IMG/VR virus record: IMGVR_UViG_3300021093_000007
Reading direction: 5' to 3' (one strand)
From: a virus
DNA length: 64,000 nt
Positions 20,990 through 30,708 of the stretch are shown piece by piece (positions within the stretch are counted from its first letter, which is position 1; every line of letters starts with the position of its first letter). A program made the position numbers and the translations under genes. The notes beneath the pieces were generated by a model. The model ran no database searches. It had not been told where the DNA came from and was given only the letters and a program-made list of their open reading frames with translations.

Positions 20990-22390
20990 ATGGCATTAAA
21001 TCCTTTCTTTCTACATGGATCTTCTGGGGAACAAAGTTTAATCCAGGATTTAGTAAATGAGCATTTAAAAATGTTCGGGGTTGAAATATATTATATTCCC
21101 AGAATTTTTGTAAATGAAAAAACTATCATGGAGGAAGTCTCTAGATCACAATTTAGAGATGCTATTCCCATAGAGGCATATGTAGATACTTATGACGGAT
21201 ATAGTGGTGCTGGAACATTACTATCTAAATTTGGAGTCCAAGAAGTTGATGATTTAACTTTAGTAATATCACAAGAACGTTATGAAGTTGCGGTTAGACC
21301 ATTTATAGAAGTAAGAGATAAATCAAAATTAACAAGTAGACCTAAAGAAGGTGATTTAATATATTTTCCTTTAGGTGATCGTTTGTTTGAAATTAAATAT
21401 GTAGAGCATGAAAAACCATTTTATCAACTACAAAAAAATTACGTTTATGAGTTAAGATGTGAATTATATGCCTACAATGATGAAGAAATTAATACTGGAA
21501 TTCTTGAAATTGATGATAACGTTAAGGATGAAGGATATATCCAAACTTTCAATATGGTTGGTCTTGGATCAACTGCAACTGCAATTACAAGTTTGAGAAA
21601 TGGATCAGTAAGGAAAATTACCGTATCCAGACGTGGATCTGGTTATACTTCTGCTCCTAGAGTTGCTATCACATCAGCACCTTCTGGTGGATTAACTGCT
21701 GTAGGCATCGCATCAATGATTAGGGGCATAGTAGATTTCTGCGATACCAGTCCAGATTTATCAAGAGTCCAAGCAGTTAATATTACCAATCCTGGATTTG
21801 GTTATACTGTAGCACCAAGAGTAACCTTTATTGGTGGTGGAGGGAAGGGAGCATATGCAACAGCATCAATATCAAGTCAAGCAGTAGGCATTATCACTAT
21901 CACAAGTGGTGGTAGTGGGTATATTGGTATTCCAACTGTAAGTTTTGTAAAATCTGGAATTGGAAGCACTACTATAAATGCTGTTGGTAGAGCAGTTGTA
22001 TCTACTGCTGGCACAGTTACTGCAATTATTCTTGAAGATGCTGGTGGTTACTACGAAAGTGCTCCAACTATTATAATTGCTGGACCACAACAAACCGTTG
22101 GATATGGCACATATGTATTCAATGAAAGTGTAATTGGTGCTGCAAGTAGTGCTAGGGCAAAAGTAAAATCTTGGGATGCTGTCAATCAGGTTCTAAAACT
22201 TGGTAATATTTTAGGGGACTTTATTGCAGGAGAAGCAATAATTGGTCAGTTTAGTGGAGCAGCATATGCAGTTAAGATTCTAAATAAGAATAATATTCCC
22301 GAAGACAAATTTGCTCAAAATCAAGACATTGAAATTGAAGCAGACCAAATAATAGATTTTAGTGAAACAAATCCATTTGGGATTCCATAA
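20990..22390 (+). CDS. gp14: Neck protein gp14 with inserted beta-repeat modules
   Basis: MALNPFF...EQSLIQDLVNEHLKMFG, RPKEGDLIYFP, HEKPFYQL, ends DFSETNPFG. Confidence 0.92.
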   Translation: MALNPFFLHGSSGEQSLIQDLVNEHLKMFGVEIYYIPRIFVNEKTIMEEVSRSQFRDAIPIEAYVDTYDGYSGAGTLLSKFGVQEVDDLTLVISQERYEVAVRPFIEVRDKSKLTSRPKEGDLIYFPLGDRLFEIKYVEHEKPFYQLQKNYVYELRCELYAYNDEEINTGILEIDDNVKDEGYIQTFNMVGLGSTATAITSLRNGSVRKITVSRRGSGYTSAPRVAITSAPSGGLTAVGIASMIRGIVDFCDTSPDLSRVQAVNITNPGFGYTVAPRVTFIGGGGKGAYATASISSQAVGIITITSGGSGYIGIPTVSFVKSGIGSTTINAVGRAVVSTAGTVTAIILEDAGGYYESAPTIIIAGPQQTVGYGTYVFNESVIGAASSARAKVKSWDAVNQVLKLGNILGDFIAGEAIIGQFSGAAYAVKILNKNNIPEDKFAQNQDIEIEADQIIDFSETNPFGIP

Positions 22391-22406
22391 AGGAGAATTG
22401 TAAACA

Positions 22407-23396
22407 ATGTTTGATCATTTTTATCACCAAGTCTTCAGAAAGACTGTTATTGCATTTGGAACACTTTTTAATGGCATTACCATAAAAAGAGATGGTTCTG
22501 GTAATGATCCTTCTGAAGTAATACAAGTCCCTTTAGCTTATGGACCAACTCAAAAATTCTTAGCAAGAATTGAGCAAGAACCAGATTTAAACAAACCAGT
22601 ACAGATTAGTTTACCCAGGATGTCTTTTGAATTTACTGGGATATCATATGATAATACTAGAAAACTAGCAGCAACACAAGCTTTTACAACTAGTTTAAAA
22701 AATGATGGCAAAGAAATACGTAGAATGTATTTTCCAGTTCCATATAATATGGAATTTGAATTGTCAATCATGACTCTTTTGAATGATGATGCACTTCAAA
22801 TTATTGAACAAATTCTTCCATACTTTCAACCAAATTTTACTCTTACAATTGATCTTGTTGAGTCTATAGGTGAAAAAAGAGATATTCCAATATCTTTAGA
22901 AAATGTATCCTTCCAAGATAATTATGATGGTGATTACAATTCAAGAAGAGTTTTACTTTATACTTTAAAATTTGTTGCTAAAACTTATTTGTTTGGTCCA
23001 GTTCCAGATTCTTCAAAGGACATCATCAAAAAAGTTTCTATTGGTCTTGTTGGTGGAGAGTACAGTACTACAGCATCAAGAGGTTTAATCTACAAAGAAC
23101 CAATTGCTACAAGAAGTTATGCAGGAAATTTAGTGACAAACTTAGCAACTGATATTACAGATACACTAGCAATTCTTGAAGTAAATAATGCGTCAAATAT
23201 TCCAGAAAAATCTTACATTACAATTGATGATGAAACAATATATGTGAGATCAAAAAATAATAATACTTTAACTGTAACAAGAGGTGCTTATAAAACAGAC
23301 AACGTTGAGCACGTTGGTGGAAGTGGTATCTATTTAATTTCTTCAGCAGATAATTCATTAATTATTGCTGGTGATGATTTTGGATTCGGTGGATAA
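22407..23396 (+). CDS. gp15: Tail sheath stabilizer/completion protein gp15, with C-terminal extra domain
   Basis: FYHQVFRKTVIAFGTLFN, VPLAYGPTQKFLARI, LPRMSFE, QIIEQILPYFQP. Confidence 0.92.
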   Translation: MFDHFYHQVFRKTVIAFGTLFNGITIKRDGSGNDPSEVIQVPLAYGPTQKFLARIEQEPDLNKPVQISLPRMSFEFTGISYDNTRKLAATQAFTTSLKNDGKEIRRMYFPVPYNMEFELSIMTLLNDDALQIIEQILPYFQPNFTLTIDLVESIGEKRDIPISLENVSFQDNYDGDYNSRRVLLYTLKFVAKTYLFGPVPDSSKDIIKKVSIGLVGGEYSTTASRGLIYKEPIATRSYAGNLVTNLATDITDTLAILEVNNASNIPEKSYITIDDETIYVRSKNNNTLTVTRGAYKTDNVEHVGGSGIYLISSADNSLIIAGDDFGFGG

Positions 23397-23400
23397 TATT

Positions 23401-23832
23401 ATGAAAGATAAATTTGAGAATCTAAGTAATGCTTTTGATGTTGATTCATCAATTGTAAAAAAAGAGACTGCTGAAATATCTAAAGATATTAAGAGTGATG
23501 ATTTTGATGTAACTAAAGATTATGAATATACTAGAGGTAATTTATATTCCATTATAGAAAAGGGTCAAGAGGCACTAGACAGTGCTTTAGAATTAGCAAT
23601 TGATGGTGGACAACCAAGAGCATATGAAGTTGTTGGGCAACTTATAAAAAATGTTGCGGATGCCACGGATAAATTATTAGACCTCCAGAAAAAATTAAAA
23701 GACCTTGATGATGATAATTCTAGTAGAAAAGGAACAACAAATGTTACTAATAATGCGGTGTTTTTTGGATCTACTGATGAATTATCAAAATTTTTAAAGA
23801 AACAAAAGGGAAATGATCTTCCAGATAAATAG
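23401..23832 (+). CDS. gp16: Terminase small subunit gp16
   Basis: DYEYTRGNLYSIIEKGQEA, PRAYEVVGQLIK, NNAVFFGSTDEL; ATG at 23401 preferred over the track's 23365. Confidence 0.9.
   Translation: MKDKFENLSNAFDVDSSIVKKETAEISKDIKSDDFDVTKDYEYTRGNLYSIIEKGQEALDSALELAIDGGQPRAYEVVGQLIKNVADATDKLLDLQKKLKDLDDDNSSRKGTTNVTNNAVFFGSTDELSKFLKKQKGNDLPDK
23825..23831 (+). promoter_or_regulatory. Late promoter box (ATAAATA)
   Basis: ATAAATA at the gp16 stop, about 20 nt before ATG 23851. Confidence 0.6.
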
Positions 23833-23850
23833 AAAAAAGTGTTTGTAGAA

Positions 23851-25257
23851 ATGGCAAGTTTTACTATAGAACCCGATGATATTAGATCTGGTCAAAAAGC
23901 TGCAAAAATAAGGGCTCTTGCAAAACAGGGCGCAACTCCAGGTGAGAGAAGGGCAGCCCAAAGTAAAACAAAGGGTCCTAGTATGCCAAAAGTAAGGGCA
24001 GGTGATAAAAATATTACGGACATTCATGCTGGATATGAACCATCATTAGCGGAAATCGTTCTTGGTGAAGAAATGTGTGGTAAAGGGCACTATTGGTGCA
24101 ACACTGATAGACAGTGTAAAAAGATTCCTTCAGGATTTAAGATTGATGGTCAACCAATGGGGACTAAAAGAACTGAGGTTGGAATTGGTAAACCAGTTGC
24201 TGAGCAGACTACCTGTAATCATACTAAAAAAGGAAATAACTGTCCTGTTCATGGGACAAAAGATTGTTCGGTTAAAGAAGAGAGTGTAACTATTGAAGAT
24301 ATGTTTGGTAATAAGTTTGTTGAATTTATTGATTTAATTAAACCACAAGATGTAGTGGATGAGAAAATGGGTTTATGGGATAATATCCATGCTCGCAGAG
24401 AAGCAGGAAAACCACGCAAAAAACCAGGACAAAAAGGTTATCCAAAAACATTAAATGTTGAAAATCATATTGATGTTGCTATGGGTAAAGAATTGGATGA
24501 TGAGGGGTCAATGATTCTCAATCAACTCAATCAACTTGAAATGCATTGCAAGAGAATGAGAGAAGTTATCAAAGATCCTAAAATGCAGATTCCTGCATGG
24601 GTACAATCCAAAGTAACTCTTGCAACTGATTATATGGATGCAGTTGCCAATTATATGTCTGCTAAAAATGAAGAGTATGAAATTGATGAGGCAGTAAGAC
24701 TTCCTTCAGAATATGGTAATTTGATTGCTGCAATTGTAATGTGGAGAGGTAGATCACAACAACTTACATTATTCTTCCCCCAAGCAAAAATGCCATCTAA
24801 AAAAGATGTTCAGAGAGAAGTCGAAAAGATTTATCCTGGTGGCAAAGTTATTACTTTTGGTTTAACCGATATTGCAAGTAACTACTCCGCAATTGATGCT
24901 CCGATTGTTAGGGTTGGATATTATGGTGGAAATCTTGGTAAACCAGGCCCAAATAAGAATTATGTAAAACCAATGGGAGAAGAAGTTGAAGTTGACGAAG
25001 ATTGGCAATCAGTCAATCGTAAAGATAAAACTGATGGTATGAGTAAAGCAGCAGTAGATGCATATCGCCGTGAAAATCCCAAATCTAAATTAAAAACGGC
25101 AGTTACTGAGAAAAAACCAACTGGTAAAAGAGCAAAACGTCGTTCTTCATTTTGCAGCAGAATGAAGGGCATGAAGTCCAAGTTAACTTCCGCAAAAACT
25201 GCAAGAGACCCAGATTCAAGAATCAACAGAGCCCTTCGTCGTTGGAACTGTAACTAG
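23851..25257 (+). CDS. Modular hypothetical protein (candidate internal head polyprotein; basic C-terminal module, DUF6321-like)
   Basis: String of short unrelated modules separated by Glu-rich junctions; ends RRSSFCSRMKGMK...DPDSRINRALRRWNC; preceded by a late promoter. Confidence 0.7.
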   Translation: MASFTIEPDDIRSGQKAAKIRALAKQGATPGERRAAQSKTKGPSMPKVRAGDKNITDIHAGYEPSLAEIVLGEEMCGKGHYWCNTDRQCKKIPSGFKIDGQPMGTKRTEVGIGKPVAEQTTCNHTKKGNNCPVHGTKDCSVKEESVTIEDMFGNKFVEFIDLIKPQDVVDEKMGLWDNIHARREAGKPRKKPGQKGYPKTLNVENHIDVAMGKELDDEGSMILNQLNQLEMHCKRMREVIKDPKMQIPAWVQSKVTLATDYMDAVANYMSAKNEEYEIDEAVRLPSEYGNLIAAIVMWRGRSQQLTLFFPQAKMPSKKDVQREVEKIYPGGKVITFGLTDIASNYSAIDAPIVRVGYYGGNLGKPGPNKNYVKPMGEEVEVDEDWQSVNRKDKTDGMSKAAVDAYRRENPKSKLKTAVTEKKPTGKRAKRRSSFCSRMKGMKSKLTSAKTARDPDSRINRALRRWNCN

Positions 25258-25276
25258 TAAAATTTAATTAATTATT

Positions 25277-26923
25277 ATGGCAGTTGATCATTATCTTGGT
25301 AATCCTTTATTAAAAAGGGCAAACACACCTCAAGGATTTACCGAAGAACAAATTATAGAGTTTGCCAAATGTATAGACGACCCAGTTTATTTTGCAAAAA
25401 ATTATATCCATATTGTTACCCTGGACTATGGATTGCAGACATTTAATCCATATCCATTCCAGGAAAAAATGCTTGATCGATTTCATAATAATCGATTCAA
25501 TATTTGCAAACTTCCTAGACAGTCTGGTAAGTCTACAATCGTGGTCTCGTATCTTTTACATTATGCAATTTTTAATGATAACGTAAATATTGCAATTCTT
25601 GCTAACAAAGCATCAACTGCAAAAGACTTATTAGACCGCCTTCAAACAGCGTATGAGAACCTTCCTAAGTGGTTACAGCAGGGCGTTCTAACATGGAACA
25701 AAGCATCTCTTGAACTAGAGAACGGTTCTAAGATTATTGCAGCGTCTACATCTGCATCAGCAGTTCGTGGTGGTTCATACAATATCATCTTTCTGGACGA
25801 ATTTGCGTTCGTTGCAAACCATATTGCAGACCAATTCTTCAGCTCAGTATACCCAACAATTTCATCAGGTAAAAATACAAAGGTTATAATTGTTTCTACC
25901 CCACACGGTATGAATCATTTTTATAAACTTTGGCACGATGCTGAGAGGGGTAAAAATGAATATATCCCAACTGAAGTTCATTGGAGTGATGTTCCTGGAA
26001 GAGATGATGCTTGGAAGAAGCAAACTATTGCCAACACATCTGAGCAACAATTTAGAGTTGAGTTTGAATGCGAATTCCTAGGATCTGTTGATACTCTAAT
26101 TAGTCCAAGCAAATTAAGGAACTTGGTTTATGAATCCCCAGCAATTAGTAATCAAGGACTTGATGTTTTTGAAGATTGTAAAGAAGAACATAATTACATT
26201 ATAACTGTTGATGTTGCCAGAGGTGTTGGTAATGATTACTCAGCATTTACTGTTATTGATATAACTCAATTCCCACATACATTAGTGGCAAAGTATAGGG
26301 ATAATGAAATAAAACCAATGCTATTTCCCAGCATTATTCATGAGGTTGCTAAAAATTATAATGAAGCTTATGTGTTATGTGAAGTAAATGACGTTGGTGA
26401 CCAAGTTGCTAGTATTTTACAATATGACTTAGAATATAATAATCTTCTTATGTGCTCAATGAGAGGTAGAGCAGGGCAAATTGTTGGACAAGGATTCTCT
26501 GGCAAAAAGACTCAACTTGGAGTCAAAATGTCAAAAACTGTCAAAAAAGTTGGTTGCCTTAATCTGAAGACTCTAGTTGAAGAAAGTAAACTTCTTTTTA
26601 AAGACTATGACATTATTAGTGAATTAACTACTTTTATTCAAAAGTCAAATTCTTTTGAGGCAGAAGATGGTTGTAATGATGACCTAGCAATGTGCTTGGT
26701 AATCTATGCTTGGTTAGTTTTACAAGATTACTTTAAAGAACTTACAGACCAAGATGTAAGAAAAAAATTATATGAAGAACAAAAAAATCAAATTGAACAA
26801 GATATGGCACCATTTGGATTTATTGTGGATGGGTTAGATTCAAATAGTTTTGTTGATGGTGATGGTGACCGATGGTTTACTGATGAATACGGTGATATGT
26901 CTTATATGTGGGAGTATCAATAA
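25277..26923 (+). CDS. gp17: Terminase large subunit gp17
   Basis: YLGNPLLK, Walker A PRQSGKST, Walker B IIFLDEFAF, VSTPHGMNHFY, nuclease DVARG and NDDLAM. Confidence 0.97.
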   Translation: MAVDHYLGNPLLKRANTPQGFTEEQIIEFAKCIDDPVYFAKNYIHIVTLDYGLQTFNPYPFQEKMLDRFHNNRFNICKLPRQSGKSTIVVSYLLHYAIFNDNVNIAILANKASTAKDLLDRLQTAYENLPKWLQQGVLTWNKASLELENGSKIIAASTSASAVRGGSYNIIFLDEFAFVANHIADQFFSSVYPTISSGKNTKVIIVSTPHGMNHFYKLWHDAERGKNEYIPTEVHWSDVPGRDDAWKKQTIANTSEQQFRVEFECEFLGSVDTLISPSKLRNLVYESPAISNQGLDVFEDCKEEHNYIITVDVARGVGNDYSAFTVIDITQFPHTLVAKYRDNEIKPMLFPSIIHEVAKNYNEAYVLCEVNDVGDQVASILQYDLEYNNLLMCSMRGRAGQIVGQGFSGKKTQLGVKMSKTVKKVGCLNLKTLVEESKLLFKDYDIISELTTFIQKSNSFEAEDGCNDDLAMCLVIYAWLVLQDYFKELTDQDVRKKLYEEQKNQIEQDMAPFGFIVDGLDSNSFVDGDGDRWFTDEYGDMSYMWEYQ

Positions 26924-27153
26924 TGGAATTAGACAAGCAGATAAAGCTGAGTCATTTATTGCTTGTAGATAGAAGATGTAGAGTATGTGGAGAGAATAAA
27001 AATTTAATTGATGGATTTTACAGAACTCGTAAAAAAAGGGGGACAGTTGCTTCTTCATATTCTTATGAATGTAAAGATTGCACTGTAAAAAGGATTACTA
27101 GTTCTAGAAAAAATACTATTAAAGTTATGGAATGGGAATATCCAGATTGGTGA
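26923..27153 (+). CDS. Small CxxC...CxxC zinc-finger protein
   Basis: RRCRVCGENKNLIDGFYR...YSYECKDC; ATG overlaps the gp17 stop (TAATG). Confidence 0.75.
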   Translation: MELDKQIKLSHLLLVDRRCRVCGENKNLIDGFYRTRKKRGTVASSYSYECKDCTVKRITSSRKNTIKVMEWEYPDW

Positions 27154-27196
27154 TATTTGTTCACCCACAATTTCCCCCATGTAATTACCCATTTTC

Positions 27197-27203
27197 CTAA
27201 ATA
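27197..27203 (+). promoter_or_regulatory. Late promoter box (CTAAATA) for gp18
   Basis: CTAAATA followed by SD AAGGAG (27227-27232) and ATG 27241. Confidence 0.65.
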
Positions 27204-27240
27204 TTTTCAGATAAACTGAGACTTTTAAGGAGAATTATCC

Positions 27241-30036
27241 ATGGCGACTCCTCAATTATCTCCTGGTGTACTGACTAGAGAGGTTGATTTAACCGTAGGA
27301 AGAGCTGACAATGTATTAGATAACATTGGAGGTATTGCAGGACCCTTTGAACTTGGTCCAGTAAACGAACCAATTACTGTTTCTACTGAACAGGAACTAA
27401 TTAGCATTTTTGGTAAACCCCAAACCGCAGACAACCAATACGAGTATTGGATGAGTGCATCATCATACTTATCGTATGGTGGAGTCCTATCTGTTATTAG
27501 AACTGATGGTGCAAACCTTAAGAATGCTAACTGTGGTGTTGGAACAACTAGCGTAACAAATGTAAAAATTAAAAACTTTGATGACTTCAATGCTAATTAT
27601 AGCAATACAGCAGCAAACTTTTATTATGCTGCTAAGAACCCAGGTACATGGGCAAATGGTTTGAAGATTTGCTATATTGACGATCTTGGAGACCAAATTC
27701 TTGGTATTGCAACAACTTCTTTGTCGAGCATTGGTGCTCAAGTTGGATATGCAGTAACTGTAGATGTTAGTGGTCAAGTTATTCCTGGCACAGGAACAAC
27801 ATCAGTCTTCCAAGGTTATTTAAAGGGAGTTATTACTCAAGCGATTGATTCTCCAGAAACAGGTGTCAGTGCTTTAGTTGTAAAAATCCATTCTAGAGTT
27901 TCTACTGGTGGTACAGAACCAGGTAGACAATATAGAACACATTATACACAAAATAGTTCGTTTGCATCTTTCTTAAAAGATCAAAGAGTTACAATTATTG
28001 ATCCCAATGGATTAGTTGTCTCACCAACCGATTCAATTTCTGCAGTCGGAATTACTTCCTCCACCGCAATTAATGGTCAACAAGGACAAGCATATGCTGG
28101 AGTTGGTGGAACAACTGCAGGAACTGGATCTGGAGCAACATTTACTATTACCAGAAATAATACTGATGGTAACGTTCTAACTGCAGCAATTGTAAATGCT
28201 GGTTTAGGATATACTGTTGGCGACACAGTATCAATTGCTGGAACTGCTGTTGGTGGTTACAATTTATCTCAAGGTGTTATTAACAACATTGGACTTACAA
28301 CTGCTCCTGTAGTTGCACCAGCATCTAATGGTGTATATCTTGCTGTTGCTGGAGTAAGCACAGTTGGTTCTGGTGTATCCTTCAATGTTTACAGAAATGC
28401 TTCTGGTGGAATTGGAACTGTTACAATGGTCAATCCTGGATTGGGATATGGATCAAATACAGTGGTTACTATTCCTGGAGCATCAATTGGTGGAGTTACT
28501 CCTGGAGATAATGCAACATTAACAGTTTCTTCTTTAAGAAATGATAAGGTTATTCTCACAGTAACAAATAGCAATTCAAGAGTTGTTATTGCTGGTGTTG
28601 ATGATTGGTACGATTCTCAAACTTTGGGACTCGATAATTCAACAATTTACTGGAGAACAATTGCACCAAAACCAGGAACATCAAACTATGTTGATGAGCG
28701 TGGTGGATACAATGATGAATTACATCTTGTTGTAGTTGACGATGATGGAACTTTGACAGGAGTTAAAGGCAACATCCTTGAGAAGCATTTATTCTTATCG
28801 AAAGCAAAAGATACTGTATCGGAAGTTAATTCTCCACAAAAAATGTGGTATAAGAATTATCTTGCAAATTATTCAAACTACATTTATGCTGGTGCAAATC
28901 AATCAACACAAAATGATTCTACCTGGAATACATTTCCAACAGGTATTAACTTCAACTTAGCAGATTCAGCTACAATTTACAACTTGGCAGATCCAAACAC
29001 GGTATTTAGTGTTCCATCACTACCATCTCTTATTTGGGACAGAGATTCAAAAGATGCTTGGTTTTCTTCTATCGGTAGAGTTACTTATGATCTCGGAAAT
29101 GGCAAAAATTATACTACTCAAGGCAATTTAAAATCCACCTTAGGTGATATTATGGAATCTTATGAATTATTCAATAATAAAGAAGAAATTGCGGTAGATT
29201 ACTTAATGATGGGTCCTGGATTAGATTCGCTTAGTGATTCTCAAGCAAAAGCAAATAAACTGATTTCTATCGCAGATGGTAGAAAGGACTGTGTTGCAGT
29301 ACTGTCTCCACATAGAGGATCCGTTGTTGATCTATCAAATCCAATTGTTCAAACTAACAATGTTATTGAATTCTTTGGTCCTCTTCAATCTTCATCATAT
29401 GCAGTTTTTGATAGTGGATATAAGTACACCTACGACAGATTCAATAACTTATTCCGTTATATTCCTTGCAACCCAGATGTTGCTGGATTAATGGCAAGAA
29501 CAAATCTGATTGCTTATCCATGGTTCTCACCTGCTGGTCAGCAAAGAGGTGTTTTAAAGAATGCTATTAAACTAGCATTTAATCCAAATAAATCTCAAAG
29601 AGATTCTTTATATTCTGCAAGAGTTAATTCAATTGTCAATCAAACTGGAGCAGGCGTAATTCTTTTTGGAGATAAGACTGCACTAGCTTATGCATCTGCT
29701 TTTGATAGAATTAACGTTCGTAGATTATTCTTAACAGTTGAGCAAGCTCTGGAGAGAGCTGCTGAAGCACAACTCTTTGAATTTAACGATCAGATTACAA
29801 GATCTAATTTTGTAAACATTGTTGAACCTTACTTACGTGATATTCAAGCTAAGCGAGGAATTTATGATTATCTTGTAATTTGCGATGAAACCAACAACAC
29901 TCCAGATATTATTGATAATAACGAATTTAGAGCTGATATCTTCCTGAAACCAGCTAAATCTATTAACTATATTACTCTAACATTTGTTGCGACCAGAACT
30001 GGAGTCAGTTTTGAAGAAGTCGCTGGTAGAGTTTGA
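27241..30036 (+). CDS. gp18: Tail sheath protein gp18, enlarged by inserted domains
   Basis: LSPGVLTREVDLT, YAAKNPGTWANGL, PWFSPAGQQRG, FDRINVRRLF, FLKPAKSINYITLTFVATRTG. Confidence 0.96.
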   Translation: MATPQLSPGVLTREVDLTVGRADNVLDNIGGIAGPFELGPVNEPITVSTEQELISIFGKPQTADNQYEYWMSASSYLSYGGVLSVIRTDGANLKNANCGVGTTSVTNVKIKNFDDFNANYSNTAANFYYAAKNPGTWANGLKICYIDDLGDQILGIATTSLSSIGAQVGYAVTVDVSGQVIPGTGTTSVFQGYLKGVITQAIDSPETGVSALVVKIHSRVSTGGTEPGRQYRTHYTQNSSFASFLKDQRVTIIDPNGLVVSPTDSISAVGITSSTAINGQQGQAYAGVGGTTAGTGSGATFTITRNNTDGNVLTAAIVNAGLGYTVGDTVSIAGTAVGGYNLSQGVINNIGLTTAPVVAPASNGVYLAVAGVSTVGSGVSFNVYRNASGGIGTVTMVNPGLGYGSNTVVTIPGASIGGVTPGDNATLTVSSLRNDKVILTVTNSNSRVVIAGVDDWYDSQTLGLDNSTIYWRTIAPKPGTSNYVDERGGYNDELHLVVVDDDGTLTGVKGNILEKHLFLSKAKDTVSEVNSPQKMWYKNYLANYSNYIYAGANQSTQNDSTWNTFPTGINFNLADSATIYNLADPNTVFSVPSLPSLIWDRDSKDAWFSSIGRVTYDLGNGKNYTTQGNLKSTLGDIMESYELFNNKEEIAVDYLMMGPGLDSLSDSQAKANKLISIADGRKDCVAVLSPHRGSVVDLSNPIVQTNNVIEFFGPLQSSSYAVFDSGYKYTYDRFNNLFRYIPCNPDVAGLMARTNLIAYPWFSPAGQQRGVLKNAIKLAFNPNKSQRDSLYSARVNSIVNQTGAGVILFGDKTALAYASAFDRINVRRLFLTVEQALERAAEAQLFEFNDQITRSNFVNIVEPYLRDIQAKRGIYDYLVICDETNNTPDIIDNNEFRADIFLKPAKSINYITLTFVATRTGVSFEEVAGRV

Positions 30037-30074
30037 CCTACTGGATTATTAAATAAAAAGGAGGAACCCTAACA

Positions 30075-30674
30075 ATGGCAAGAGCAATCAGAACTATCAC
30101 CGACTTCAAAGCAAAACTTCAAGGCGGTGCAGCAAGACCAAACCTATTTGAGGTCAGTATCCCAAGATTCCCATCTTCTGTAAGTGGTTGGGACGATGAA
30201 ACTTTTAATTTCCTTTGCAAATCCGCTGCTCTTCCAGCATCAAACGTTGCATCAATCGACGTTCCTTTTAGAGGAAGAATTTTAAAAGTCGCTGGAGATC
30301 GTACATTTGATGTTTGGACAGTCACAGTTATCAATGATGAAGACTTTAAACTAAGAACTTCATTTGAACAGTGGATGAACCAAATTAGTAAATTGAGCAA
30401 TGCTACTGGAGCAACCAGTCCAGCATCATATATGGTTGATGCATATGTTCATCAACTAGGTAGAGGACAAACTAGGTTTTCAACTGCCAATACTTCATCA
30501 ACCACAAATACTCCACTGAGATCATACAGACTTTATGATATATTCCCAACTAATGTATCACAAATTGATCTCTCATATGATACATCAGATACTATTGAGG
30601 AATATACTGTAGACTTCCAAGTTCAGTGGTGGCAAGCTGAGAGTAATGATCAAACTACAACTGCTATTACCTAA
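30075..30674 (+). CDS. gp19: Tail tube protein gp19
   Basis: GAARPNLFEV, VPFRGRILKVAGDRTFDVWTVTVIND, IEEYTVDFQ; SD AAGGAGG and TTAAATA upstream. Confidence 0.95.
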   Translation: MARAIRTITDFKAKLQGGAARPNLFEVSIPRFPSSVSGWDDETFNFLCKSAALPASNVASIDVPFRGRILKVAGDRTFDVWTVTVINDEDFKLRTSFEQWMNQISKLSNATGATSPASYMVDAYVHQLGRGQTRFSTANTSSTTNTPLRSYRLYDIFPTNVSQIDLSYDTSDTIEEYTVDFQVQWWQAESNDQTTTAIT

Positions 30675-30680
30675 TAAATA
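30673..30680 (+). promoter_or_regulatory. Late promoter box (AATAAATA) for portal
   Basis: At the gp19 stop, 28 nt before the gp20 ATG. Confidence 0.65.
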
Positions 30681-30708
30681 GTATAACAGTTTAAATTACT
30701 TACATATA

